Source of the DNA: Octopus vulgaris
Taxonomy: Eukaryota
Length of the DNA: 64,000 bases
NCBI GenBank assembly: GCA_951406725.2
Contig: OX597835.1
Span: 1,550,001 to 1,614,000, forward strand
Direction of reading: 5' to 3'
Shown here piece by piece: positions 37,731 to 50,144 of this stretch. Every line of letters begins with the position of its first letter. Positions within the stretch are counted from its first letter, which is position 1. Below the pieces are notes generated by a model. The model ran no database searches. It was not told the DNA's origin and saw only the letters and a list, made by a program, of their open reading frames with translations. Position numbers and translations under genes: made by a program.

Positions 37731-40700
37731 CATGCATAGATGATATAAGGTAAACAACCTTTCTAGTACCATCTGTAAACTGGTTGATGTTAAGAACAAC
37801 ATCCAACAGTTAAAAACGGAACATCCAAGCAAGATGTGACACTCTGAACCATCTACTAGAACAATAGCTTTGAATAAGGACCAACTCAGATTGGTCCTTA
37901 TTTTTGTTGTTCTGGCCAACACATGCCAGCATATAAAGCAGTCATAAAAATGCTGATGATTACAATGAGATAGCAGATTCACAAATCTCTTTACACAGTT
38001 ATGTAATAAGTGTTATCAGTGTTTTTTTCTTTACTAAGGGTGGCAGGGTGGCATTGGCTAATCATTTTCTGACTTGCTATAAAAGCCTAAATTAAACTAG
38101 TCCTGTTGCCGCAGTATATGACCCAGAAACAAATATTGGTAGACGCTTGACACAGAAACTGACTGGACACAAACTAGGCTAACGGTGTCAAGTTACTAAA
38201 GGAAGAGGTGATCCTCATTATTTATGCATGTTCTACTATCCAACTAGTAGAACTACCAGTACTTATTCTACATGTTAGAAACAGTAGCTAAATCTGTATC
38301 ATATTATATACCCTACAATTTTAAAGAAAAAGTTGCTTCATTTCATTTTTCCAACTTTAACTATATTCCCTCTCTATTTTCCATTGGTCTGTTAAGAATG
38401 TGGTTTTTAATAAATGTATTAATCTATTTTACCTAGTATATATATAAATTACAGTGTATGTATAACGACTAACACATACATTCCCACAATTCTCAACTGA
38501 TTTTCACCAAACTTTACACACACTTTACTTATGTCCCAAAGATGGTCATGCACTAAACATTTTGCTCAGAGCTCCCACGTAAATGGACAGAGTTTTTTTT
38601 GTATGTTGGGTCAACCATACTTTTTTAATCAATATCTATAAAGCTGAAATGCGAAAAAGTTGTTTGATTTCTTGGTTATATGTCTCATTTTGGGATGGGA
38701 ACGGATTGGCACCAAAATTTACACGGGGGGGGTTAAAATGGGGTGGGCAATGGTGTGAGGAGAGTTGCAAGTCGCTCGGGGCTACCATTTGGTTGCCATG
38801 GTGAGGAATATGGGAAAAATTGAGTTTTATGGGATAGACAGGTTGTGCTGTTTGAATAATGGTGGCTTTTCGTGTTGCTGCAGGGGCTAGAAGGGGTTAT
38901 CTTTAATTGTGGGTGTAAAACTTTGAGGGATTTAGGAAAAGGGAGGGGGGGGTAAAGAAGAGGGCAATAAAAAGAAGCAGGCAAAGAAGACAAACAAAAG
39001 AAGGGAAAAAGGAGACAACATGCACCAAACAACACCACCACCAAAACCCAAGCAAAGCACGGGTCAAAATAGCTAGTCTCTTTATATATATATAAAGCTG
39101 AAGTTGTCTGTGTATGCAGCGCAAGTTGACCAAAATTGAGAGTATGATAGAAGAAGGCTTGCACTTCATTCCGTAGAAGAAAAAATTCAAATTGGACCAT
39201 GTTAACACCAAAAATTATTTACATCAAAAAGGTGCTTTTTTTCTATGAAAATCCTTATTTTTTAACGATTTTTTGGCTGCTGTATCACCATTTTTCGGCG
39301 TATTTCAACCAGAAAAATGTTCACTGAAAGAGAATAACAAGCTACATAATGTAAAATTTTTACTTTTCAAAAATTCCTATTCTAAAGGGTCGAAATAAAC
39401 CCAAGCAATACTGGGTGATACTGCTAGTCTTTTTATAAAAGTGAAAGGATTTTGTCTATATCAACTGTTCACCTGCCATGGTGATTAAATTGATTAGGAA
39501 CATTGCACACAAGGAATATCCAATACCAAACAATCTTAATTTCCACATTTAAACTGCATTAAACTTTGGCAAGCTTACCTTTACCTATTCTGAGTTACCT
39601 GAAAGGTGAAGTTCTCTTCCCTCTCTTCTATTTGTTGATACCTTTGCTTACCTACCAATGCCTTGTTTCCCCTTAACGATGCTTATTTACCCATCCATTA
39701 TGATATCTCAACTGTTATCCATTGTTTCAAATACGTTTCAGCATTGTTGTTCCAGCCTCAGATATGATTCGTCCCAAAGAATCAACCTTTGAATAAGAGT
39801 TTCATTTCCACCAGCGAAAGCCATGCATGTCTTTCAGAAAGCTCCAAACCAATTTAACCTTATGCAGCATTCACTGCTAGTTTATGCGCAGGCTATGTAG
39901 GAAAACAGAAATAAAGGGGCTTTTGTTAGCTTATCTCTCCGAGAAAAATAGCTCCCTTTGCTGCTGAATAAAATAAACTCGCAGAGGGGCAGTTTCAACG
40001 TCCTCCTTCAGTTTCCTTACACCATTTATGTTCCGGTTTCTGACAAGAAATTTCGCTTTCATGTAAAACAATCATATTTTGTAGTCATTATCCGTAATCT
40101 ACTCCCAAAGCACTTCAGTAGCTCTACTTTGCATCGCTTGCAAACTCATATGTTCTATGATCATTAAGGTGCAACAACCTCCACAATGACCAGCCTTCAG
40201 TTTGGCTTTCTGTTCCTAGGTTAATCAGAAACAGATTGTCGTGCTTCTCATAAACCTTGTTTGTAGTTCGATTATTTGGGGAAAATCAAACCACCAAAGC
40301 AACTTAGACCGTCCAAAGGACAGGTGCGTTTGCTAGTTTTACATAGAAATTTTAGACACCATTTCTTTTATAACAAAATGACTTTAGTAAAAGCTGCTTC
40401 GAAGAGGCAGATGTCCTAAACTTTGGTGAAATGGGTTCTAGTGCTTGACAGTTACCTGATTTCATTGGTTGCAGGAGGTAAACAAAGCTGATTCCAACAG
40501 GATTGGAACTCAGACCCCTCTGCCCCTTTTGCCAAAACCATTCCTAAGCAAAGAATGGCAGGACTGACAAATGCAGAGTAATCTACCTTGATTCTTCAGT
40601 CACGTTGGTTACCAATAAGGTCTGAGCCAACGTGGTCCCTTTACTTAATCTTCTTATATTCACGCCTTATCGTTGTAAAGAAGGGGCAGACAGCGAAAAA

Positions 40701-42123
40701 CAAATAAAACGCGGCATACCTACACAAGTTTTCACCCTCGCCATTCTGTTTCCTCACAACTTTCAGGAAAATGGATATTTTTTAATGAAATTTTCTACAA
40801 GTACGCTTAGAATGGCAAAGATTTCGATTATATCGAAATCCGTGGTAAAAAAAATCTTTTCCGAGGGCAGGGCGAGGAGTTTCGGAAAATACACACCGGT
40901 TGGCTTTGTTTCCTCATAACTTCAGAAAAATGGATATTCTTTCGTAAAATTTCCTTCAAATACTTTCAGGATGTGTAGATTACGATTATATCAAATTTTA
41001 GCTCACGTAAACACATATCTACAAAATGAAACTTATTTCCAAAGAAAATTGTCATGTGTCAGTCTGTATGTGTACGAGTCCATCATTTTCTTTTTTCCGT
41101 ATTAAATTCCGATATAATCGTAATAGACACACTCTGAAAGGTATTTGTAGGAAATTGCATAAACAAATACCCGTTTTTCTTAAAGTTATGAGGCAACAAA
41201 GCCGTCCCGTGTGAATTTTTCTAAACTCCCCACACCACCCACGAAAATTTTTTTCATATTAAATCCTGAAATAATTGTAATCTGCACCATCTGAAGCGTA
41301 TTTGCATAAAATTTTATAAGAAAATATCCATTTTTCTGAAATTATGAGGAAACAAAGTCGAGAGGACATGCTATTTGGTATGGCTACAAATGTGCCACCC
41401 CCGAACACTATCTCAAAGGTATTTGTATTAAATTTCATGAAAATTATGAGGAAGCAAAACCAAGTTTTGTGAATTTTCAGAGATTCCCCTCCCCACACAC
41501 GGAAAAATATTTTCACAACAAATTCCGAAATGATCACAATCTGCATCATCTGAAGCATTTTTGTAAAATTTCTCTATTTTTCTAGGAGTTGTGAGAAAAC
41601 AAGGAGGGGGGTGGATCACACTTGTGTTTACCTTTAATTACAACAAAGTCTTTTTTCTAACGTAAAATGTTGTTTCTTTTCAAAGATTTCCCTGCCAAGT
41701 GCACCTATAATTATTTCATCTTTAGGGCATCCCGAAGTCAACAGAATTCGTATTAAGGGGTATCTAGGATTATTTTAGCTTAAATATTCCCACTTTTCAA
41801 TGTTGTAGGATGTGGTTTGAGAGAGATTTGGCTGCTATTTCTGGCAGATCATTGGGAATTCATAAGTTTTCCTGAATTACTTTCGTTTCTCCTTTTTCTT
41901 TTTAACTCTGGAGTATTTTATATCTCGTTTCATACGATCACTTTGGGAAATACATTTTAGAAATTAAAATTTTATCAAAAGAATTTACTTTAAAACAACA
42001 TAAAATTAAACTAAGAAACAGTTTTATACACAACGGTTACTACTTCTAATTAGTTAATTAGCTAATTAACTGCTGGAAAAATTACAAGTTTTGACTTGTA
42101 AACTTTTGTTTCAGTAAACAAAC

Positions 42124-42159
<36 letters not shown>

Positions 42160-42615
42160 GTCACTATGTCGTGTACACACACACATATATAAATACGAAG
42201 GCATGGTATATTTGTTTTATTCTAAAACTTGTCATCAAACGAATACAAACAGGTCAATTCTACAAATGTCATGCTATTGACTGTGTATGACTAATATTGC
42301 TTTAAATAAAACAACATAGTTAAAGCTCCGTAATTTCTACGTGAAGACGATGGATTAAAGTTTCTTGTCCACTGAAGCATTAGTTTACCAGTTTAATTCA
42401 TGTCTAGCAATTAAAACCCAAACATAGGCATCTGTGCGTGCGTGTGTATATGTGTATGTATATATATATATATATATAATCAAAATAAGCAACAAGGATA
42501 TCCAAGGTAGTGCAGTATAATCACCCCATTTGATTTATAAGGATAATACCAAACCAAATTCTGGTGCCTTTAACTGAAGTACCATATTCATCTGAATCTA
42601 AATTTTGCTGAACTT

Positions 42616-42664
<49 letters not shown>

Positions 42665-42957
42665 GGTATTAATGAGTGTATTTTGGAAAGGAGATGAGAA
42701 GAGTTTACAAAGCAGAGGAACGAGGACCTACCTGTGGCTTCTACTAGACCCGTGAGTTCCTTCTTCTCCACGATGCCTTCGTACCCGACCCCTCTCTGCT
42801 CGAGAAGTGCTTTCAGCTTCTTCACGGACAGAGTCATCGGGTCGAGCAAACGGTGAGCGAGCAGACCGGCATCGTACCAAGCGAACGTCTCCAAGAGACG
42901 AGCGATGACGAACAGAACGGCAATGTAAATGATGAGCAACACTATCCGTAGCCACAT
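31024..42957 (-). CDS. RNF103: E3 ubiquitin ligase RNF103 (Kf-1); join(42957-42732,34736-34487,32716-31024), 722 aa
   Basis: N-terminal TM segment MWLRIVLLIIY...LLDPMTLSVKKLKALLEQRGV; thioredoxin-like segment 'FYEQVEDTKDSVWLVQVI'; 'FSALSVKFPGRVRFG'; TM helices; C-terminal RING-H2 CVICLEDF...CAHFFHECCILRWL...CPMC. The exons total 2169 nt in frame. Confidence 0.95.
34487..34736 (-). CDS. RNF103: RNF103 coding exon 2
   Basis: 250 nt; ttcag|GT...AA|gtaagg. Confidence 0.93.
35910..36965 (+). mobile_element. Decayed RTE LINE (RT core plus PHD-like Cys cluster)
   Basis: 'GVHQG..LS..LFIIV...YADD...WPCSICRKAVGRNSIRCTWCKLWTHKR...RLRWYGHVM'. Confidence 0.85.
38423..39076 (+). mobile_element. Non-autonomous Helitron 1
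   Basis: Ends with the hairpin acccaagcaaagcacgggt followed by CTAG; the 5' boundary is approximate. Confidence 0.6.
39077..39427 (+). mobile_element. Non-autonomous Helitron 2
   Basis: Starts TC(tc)ttta(ta)n aaagctgaagttgt and ends cccaagcaatactggg-tgatactg-CTAG; related to 47601-48136. Confidence 0.7.
39428..40336 (+). mobile_element. Non-autonomous Helitron 3
   Basis: Starts TCttttta; ends with the hairpin ccgtcc-aaa-ggacagg followed by CTAG. Confidence 0.6.
40735..41620. repeat. Foldback-like array of ~160-bp subrepeats in two opposing arms
   Basis: 'tttcctca.aact...aaaatggatatt' twice on the left versus 'aatatccattttt...ttatgaggaaacaa' three to four times on the right. Confidence 0.55.
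42732..42957 (-). CDS. RNF103: RNF103 coding exon 1
   Basis: 226 nt; donor ACAG|gtaggt. Confidence 0.93.
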
Positions 42958-43220
42958 CTTCTTCTTCTTCTTCTTCGGTTGTCTTCGGTTCCTCTGGGTT
43001 CCCCTCGTTTATCCGTCGCAGCACTCGGACCTTCTTGCTTTCAGCGAGGCCGATTGCAGTCACACATTACCTCGCATCACAATTTACGGCTTAGAAACGA
43101 CACAAAGGCAACTTGTCACAGACGGGGAATCGAATCGGAGGCAAAACACTTGTCCGCTTGGGCCCACTATTGCAACATACAGCTATTTACCCAGACTTAT
43201 GTCTTCCCAAATCGCTTCTA

Positions 43221-43230
43221 TGACACGTCA
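43221..43230. promoter_or_regulatory. CREB3/XBP1-type bZIP motif TGACACGTCA upstream of RNF103
   Basis: Exact sequence tgacacgtca, with a second ACGT-core site gacgtca at 43372-43378, in the CpG-rich 5' region. Confidence 0.35.
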
Positions 43231-44073
43231 CGTCGTCGGGAAGCCATTTTCTTGGCCTTTTTTTTTTTTTTTACAAGTTTTAATTGCGATTTCAACAGCT
43301 GTCAGCTCTTTTCTTTGCAGCTTTTGGGTGGAGATTGTTTCTTTAGTGTAACCCTTTCATAAGTGAGCTGCGACGTCAGTTCGGCTCCCTTCGCAACAGC
43401 AGATGAAAGGCGACGACCGGAGCAAAACAAACCACAGCAGCCAAACGAGTCGTCTTCCCTCTCATCCAACCAACATGGTGGATGTAAATAATGGTCACCT
43501 GACTTCATACAAACATTGCCGCGCCCTAATAGAGTTCTCTCCCTTGCACATATGTGTGCGCGTGCGTGTGGCATCTCTCTCTCTCTCTCTCTCTCTGAAG
43601 ATTTCACCTTTTTACTTGCTCCTACTCAAGGATCCCCGAAATTCCCGCACTTTCTGTAAACACCCACACGCATATGTAACATGTATAGACACACAAACAT
43701 GCGTATACATTTACTATTTATCTATCCTCATTATTATCGCTTAACGTGTCGTTTCCATGCTGCTCTAGATTGGATAGTTTGATAGGAGCTGGACGACCAG
43801 ACAGCGGCGGCACCGTGCCCCTTGTTGTCTGTTTTGGTTTGGTTTCTACGCTCGGATGCCATTTCTAACACCAACCACTTTACAAAATGTACTGGGTGCT
43901 TTATAAGTGGCACCAGCATGGCTGCTTCACACATGGTAGGGACACAGGTTCTCCCCACATGGCACCAGCACAGCTGCATTTTATGTGACACTGGCTCAGG
44001 TGCATTTTACATGGCACCAGGATAGGTGGCACCTCTCTCTCTCTCCCTCTCTCTCTCTCTATCCCTCTCTCTT

Positions 44074-44106
<33 letters not shown>

Positions 44107-45199
44107 CTATAGTTGAAATTTACAGAAAAACAAAACAAGAGGTCATTTAGTTTGACACTTGGGAAGGTGAGAAAGTCTTTTACGTTTCAAGCCTATGCTC
44201 TTCATATATATACATATATATATCATCATCATCATCATCGTTTAACATCCACTTTCCATGCTAGCATGGGTTGGACGATTTGACTGTGGACTGCCAAACC
44301 AGATGACTGCACCACACTCCAATCTAGATCTGGCAGAGTTTCTACAGCCAGATGCCCTTCCCAACGCCAGGGAGAGAGAAAGATATAACAGAACAAAAGC
44401 ATAAACAAGCAAATCAACCTATTACATCTTTCTATCTCCATGTGTGAGGATGCATGGCTTAGTGGTTAGGGTGTTGCACTCCCAAATGCAAGATTGTGGT
44501 TTCAGTCCCTAGACCACATTGTGCATTGTGTTCTAGAACAAAACATTTCATCACACGTTGCTCTGTGATCGTTTTGACACCTGGCGCATGGTACACAGGG
44601 CCACCTATTCAGGTGACATCAATTTGAACTAATGTGCAGCACAAACATTTGATCACAATAAACAAATCCTTTGATCACAATAAACAAATCCTTTGATCAC
44701 AAGTCATTCAGTAAAAGCTGGATGCTCATAAGTCATCTTTGATGGGAGAGTCCATCATTTACATAACATATTTGAAGAGGAATTCATAAATACACACACA
44801 CATATAGCAGAAAGGCAAGAAGAGTCCAGAACATGAAAAGTTCGTAATAGTTCAGGGGTAGGTCAGTACCTGGTGAGGGAGAAAGAAAGTTCATAATGTT
44901 GATGTGACTCAGGTAAGTTGATCAATGGCGTCACAGGTGAAAAAAAAAAAACAACTTAAAATTGATGGAAAAGAGGTGTGTAGGTAGAGCTTTACAGCTG
45001 TTTCTAGAATAGCTGCATATTTGGTGCAGATCCGTGAATACGAGGAAGTACCCAAAAATATCTGTAAATGTTCTCTGTGGGACAAGCCCATTGTAGTTCA
45101 GGCTTCCCCCACTGAAGCTACTTGACGAAACCCTCAGGCATCAACCTGCTGACCAGTGCCATGTCATGCACCATTATTTTGCAGTGCTTTCCTTCTCAT

Positions 45200-45860
45200 T
45201 GACTTTTTGTAATGGCTGAAATGAAGGAACTTCCATGAAATTCTGGGGAAAACAGCAGCCAAAACAGTTGTCATGCTTCAAATAGCATACAAGGATGCTG
45301 CCATGAACAAAACACAAGTTTATGAGTGGTTTTCACACTTTAGGAGTGGTCATGTGTTGCTTGAAGACCAACCTTGTTCAGGGTGACCATCGACCATCGA
45401 CCTCCTGAACAAATGAAAACATCATGAAAATTCCTGAGCAGATCTTGAAAGACCAAAACCAAACCATTTACAAAGTTGTTTCTGTGACTGGTTGTTGTCC
45501 TGAAGTTCCTGCCAACGAATTTTGAGTGAATAATTGCAAATGAAAAGACTTGCAATGAAATTTGTGTCTCGCTTGTTCGTGGAAGATCGAAAGCAGTCGT
45601 GACTGAATGTGAGTCATGAACTGAAGCTGGAAGTTGATCCAGACCTTTTTTCAAAGGTCATCACTGGTGATGAAAGTTGGTGCTACAGAATTTGCAGATG
45701 TGGAAGAGGTGAAGAAAAAACAACAGAGGTGTTAAAAGGCATCACTTCGCAGAAGTTCCAGCACTGCTTCCATCAGTGGAAAATGCATCTGGAGTGATGC
45801 ATTTCTTCAAATGGAGAATACTTTGATGATGATACAAGTGTAAACATGTAAAACTAAACG
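45200..45860 (+). mobile_element. Degenerate mariner/Tc1 transposase
   Basis: 'GKTAAKTVVMLQIAYKDAAMNKTQVYEWF...DPDLFSKVITGDESWCY...FQHCFHQWK', with deletions and stops. Confidence 0.8.
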
Positions 45861-46397
45861 AATAAAATATACTAAAAATGCTGGGGGTTTTTTTGAGGTA
45901 CTCCCTTCAATTATCTGTAGCAAAAATGGTTAAATTCTTCATCAGAAGAATAATGACTACAGTAAAAGGGAAAATATGAAATCTGAATAGAGAAGCAGAA
46001 CATCAAAGGCCGAAATTGAAAAGGGAAGATATATAAAGAACTGCTTATGTATGTAGAGGCAAGATATTAAATGATCAGAGTTTAATTGTAGTTAGAATAA
46101 CATTTACAGCTGCCACCAGCATCAGTGAAGCCAGTTTTGGCCTGGTTTTTACAGCTTGAGACCCTTCCAAATGTCAACCACTTTACAATGTATACTGGAT
46201 GCCTTTTATGTGGCATCAGCACTGGCAGGGTCATTAAGTAACTCGCAAGACAAATATCCTTTGTGAAGAGGGCCACTGGAGGAGATGGTACTGTGCTAGG
46301 TGATGAGATGTCAGAGTGTAACGAAGGGCTAGAAATACAAATAGATGTCTTGCTGTAGAGGAGACACATGGTTACCCAGTCAGAGGGAGAGAGGGCA

Positions 46398-46428
<31 letters not shown>

Positions 46429-47600
46429 GTGAGTGAGAGAGAAAGAAATAGAAATAGGTATTTCGTCTGCCTTTACATTCAGAGTTCAAATTCTGCAAAG
46501 GTCAACTTTGCCTTTCATCCTTTTGGGGGTCAATAAATTAAGTACCAATTGCGTACTGGAGTCAATCTAATCGACAACCCACCTCCCCCAAAATTGCAGG
46601 CCTTGTGCCTACAGTAGAAAAGAATATAATGGCATGTATTAGATTGTTAGACCATCTCCCCCCCCCCCCTTTAATTTTCTCGGCTGTTTGTAGTCTGAGT
46701 AAGTTGGATCTATTAATGCAAATATTTACATATTTATACTTAAATATTTATTGTCTGAAAGTCTCCACCTTCGCCTTCTTTCTTTTTTTTTGCATGTGTA
46801 GCTAGACTAATTTCATAATTGCATGTTTTAAACTTAAATAATCTTGTTTCTTTACTGCCCACAAGGAGCTACACACAGAGGGGACAAACAAGGACAGACC
46901 TACGTATTAAGTCGATTAGATCGACCCCCAGTGCATAACTGGTACTTAATTTATCGAGCCCAAAAGGATGAAAGGCAAAGTCGACCTTGGCGGAATTTGA
47001 ACTCAGAACATAACGGCAGACGAAATACCGCTAAGCATTTCGCCCAGCATGCTAACATTTCTGCCAACTTGCCGCCTTGAAAAGACTCCATGCATAAGTT
47101 TCTAATGATTGGTCATGTGACTGGTCAGGTGGCATTGAAATACTTGGTTGAGTCTGACATTTGGATTGGCCTAGTTTTACATGGAATACAGAGCTGGTAT
47201 CCAATTGTGTTGCGCAACAGACCACCAAAATCAGCAAATTAAAAACCTTTGTCTGAGCCTCTGTTTGTTAATAAATATCATGATGTTTTTCATTTTAACC
47301 AGAAGGGTGAGTTTGTTTTCAGGAAGCTATGTCTTTATTTTGGTTCCTGTTGAAGCACATCTGACCAAGTTCGGCTGAGTTGAAAAGCTTTGTATGATGT
47401 TCCACAGACAGCATTCTTCATGATGCATTAATCTGGTTCGCTGTATAATTTTATTTAGCAAAAGAATTAAGTGTTGCTCGTTAATTGAAAGCTTGTTTCT
47501 GGTATTATTTTCCACTGTTTTATATGTAACTCACGAGAAGCAAAGATTTGTAGTAAGAGGACCAGAGACACTTCTTTCCAGCTAAACATCTATATATATA

Positions 47601-47640
<40 letters not shown>

Positions 47641-48136
47641 TGTAGTTGTGTGAGTGTCTGTCCCCTTCGATTTAGATTCCTAACTACTCCCACATTTTGC
47701 GGTGCAGTTTAACCAAATTCAGGTATCTTATAGTCGTGATTCATATCGAGCCCATCTGAGTATTAGCGCGCATCTACGATGAGTCTACGATTTTAAAAAT
47801 AATTTAACATCATTTTTTATTCCATTTTAATGCATAATTTTTCGTGTGTCGATGGCGGCGGAGTTGGCGTCCATGGTCACACCTGCACCTGTTTGCTTCT
47901 CCCCCTTCTTCCCTCCCTCGTGAAGCTGTGGGAAGGGAGTGTAAGGAAATCAACGTCGTAAAGCGTTGTCAAGGAGACCAGAGTTCTTTTAGAACAACGA
48001 CTTCATGGCTTGAAGACACCAAAACAGAAATGGCTAAGAAAGCCCGAATTGGCATCTTTAAGGGAAGTAACTCTCTAAAAATGCTTATATAGTTATTTCC
48101 CTTACAAACCCGAGCAACGCCGGGCGATACTGCTAG
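47601..48136 (+). mobile_element. Non-autonomous Helitron
   Basis: 5' TC(TA)n aaaactgtagttgt; 3' hairpin cccgagcaacgccggg followed by CTAG|T. Confidence 0.8.
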
Positions 48137-48240
48137 TATATATATATATAGATAAAAATGGTAAGACAACAAAAGAAAGAAAGAGACCTCGATACTATGT
48201 AAATAGAGAAATTTATCTGTGACAATTATTTGGTAGCCAT

Positions 48241-48301
48241 GACAATACTCTGAGTTTCAGATGCCAAGGTGGAAATCCACACTGCTATCTCTTCAGTTAT
48301 C
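48241..48301 (-). ncRNA. Penelope-type minimal type I hammerhead ribozyme
   Basis: Minus strand: gataa-CTGAAGA-gatagcagtgtgga tt tccaccttggcatct-GAAAC-tcaga-GTA-ttgtc. Stem I gataa/ttgtc; stem III act/agt. Confidence 0.65.
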
Positions 48302-48634
48302 CGGCCATCTGAAACTCGGAGTTTTATCATGGCTACCAAATAATTGTCACATATCACATTTACATATATATATATATATATTGTATTTTATACTCAAACT
48401 GTCGTAGCTAATATATCTAATTTGATTATCTGCATAATTGCCTCCATATCAGCTCAACTTGATCTCTCTTATAACCATTCTTTACCCTATGGAACCGATC
48501 TTCTGTAAAGACTGTGGAGTCTAAGAATCGTTTGTACACTACAAAATGTCTTTTATACAGAGAACCTCTGGATCTCACCTATTGACTATATACACATGCA
48601 TATGTATACATACATGAAACGTACACACACACAC

Positions 48635-48997
48635 GGATCTTTTCGGTTTGAACGGCAGTTTTTTCTAGCGGTGTCATAGGAAATTGTCACCCATAATTAT
48701 GACCCTAGTATCGATCTATTGCATTTCAATCTGTTTTAGGGTTAGGGTTGGGGGGAAGGGTATCTTTTTTTCTTCAGAAATGTAAATAAACCCAATCTGT
48801 TTCTTAAACGAGGGACATATTCATACGGCACAGAACGTTTTCACCTCAATAGATGTCATTGATTGGTTGAAATTTCAGAAATTGAAGAAGAAAAAACAAC
48901 AAATATCTTACAAACTATAGAATTTTCTCGAAGTTTAAAAGTGTTTAGTTACGTGGAAATTATTAAAAAAAAACTGCCGGTCAAACCGAAAAGATCC
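48635..48997. mobile_element. MITE with ~30-bp TIRs and internal TTAGGG-like tract
   Basis: ggatcttttcggtttgaacggcagtttttt ... aaaaaactgccggtcaaaccgaaaagatcc. Confidence 0.75.
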
Positions 48998-49049
48998 CAT
49001 AATATACTTATATTTTGAGTCAATTTTTCTTGTTTGTATCACCCAACCT

Positions 49050-49153
49050 ACACACACACACACACACACGCACGCACGCACGCACGCACACACGCACGCA
49101 CGCACACATACACACGCACGCACGCACACACGCACACACACGCACGCACGCAC
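49050..49153. repeat. (CA)n/(GCAC)n microsatellite
   Basis: Direct inspection. Confidence 0.9.
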
Positions 49154-49155
49154 GG

Positions 49156-49294
49156 TATATAAAAGGAATTGACTTCACACGGGACTTGAACTTCTGGACC
49201 GGCTTTCGTCCTGGCAACGTTTCATATTGGAATCCCGTTTTGACTTTTAACGGACATTTACAGCAAAAATAACACTTTTAAAAGTCGTGTAAGT
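49156..49294 (+). promoter_or_regulatory. Putative TATA box and first non-coding exon of the microexon gene
   Basis: TATATAAAAG at 49156-49165, followed by the donor GT|gtaagt at 49289. Confidence 0.35.
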
Positions 49295-50042
49295 ATCATA
49301 TTTTATTATTCTAAATCACATTTACTTAGGAATTTGTTTTCATTCGGCAGAATCTTTACTGAATTCATTTCAAATGAATTAAACAAAAAGTTGTATTGTT
49401 TTGGAAATGTCTTCGTTTTTGTTCCCAGTTTCATTTTCTTGGAATAATTCTGTCTTTCAGAACCTTTTCTGGGGCAAAACAGGTAGAAACGGAGGAAATT
49501 AATTGTTTAGTAATTTGTTTTTATTAGTTTATTTAATTGAGAAATTTAAAACTGTTCTTGGCGCCTCATGTCTGGAATATTTAAAAGTTTTGTGTTTATA
49601 ATTCCCTCCACATCTTGGATGCTTCATCACTATATATTGGCATTTTAAGAAGACCTTCTGTCTCACTTTGCCAGGTCTTTGTGGAAGGGATCATAAGGAT
49701 TCCGTGGATCCACCGTTCTTATATTTATTTACAAACTGAAGCTGGGATTAAAATACGTTTATTTCGAGGTTGGTGTTTGTCCCTTTCTTTGGAACATTCG
49801 TTTTCAACTCCCTTCATTCACAGAAATTGGGAATCTTCGTGTTTGCCGGTCCACCTTTACCTTGTTTTGCAATATCTATTATTTTGACCCCGGCGAATAT
49901 TTCCATTATTTTTGTAAAGAAGTCCTGCAACGGTCAGGCTTGGTTTTTTTTCGGCATTGTTGTTCATTTGGGGGGTTCTGTTTTTGAATTGGATAAGATA
50001 ATAAATTCTAGGAATATATTGCTCTGTATGTGACCAAGTAGA

Positions 50043-50144
50043 ATGGATTCTGACTCTCTTGGCAACATCCATGGCAAGGTTGCAAAAGGCAACGAAAATT
50101 TCGGAAGAAAAAATATAAATAATAAACGAGGGGAAATCGAACCG
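50043..50144 (+). CDS. Microexon gene coding exon 1
   Basis: ATG at 50043; donor CCG|gtgagt. Confidence 0.6.
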
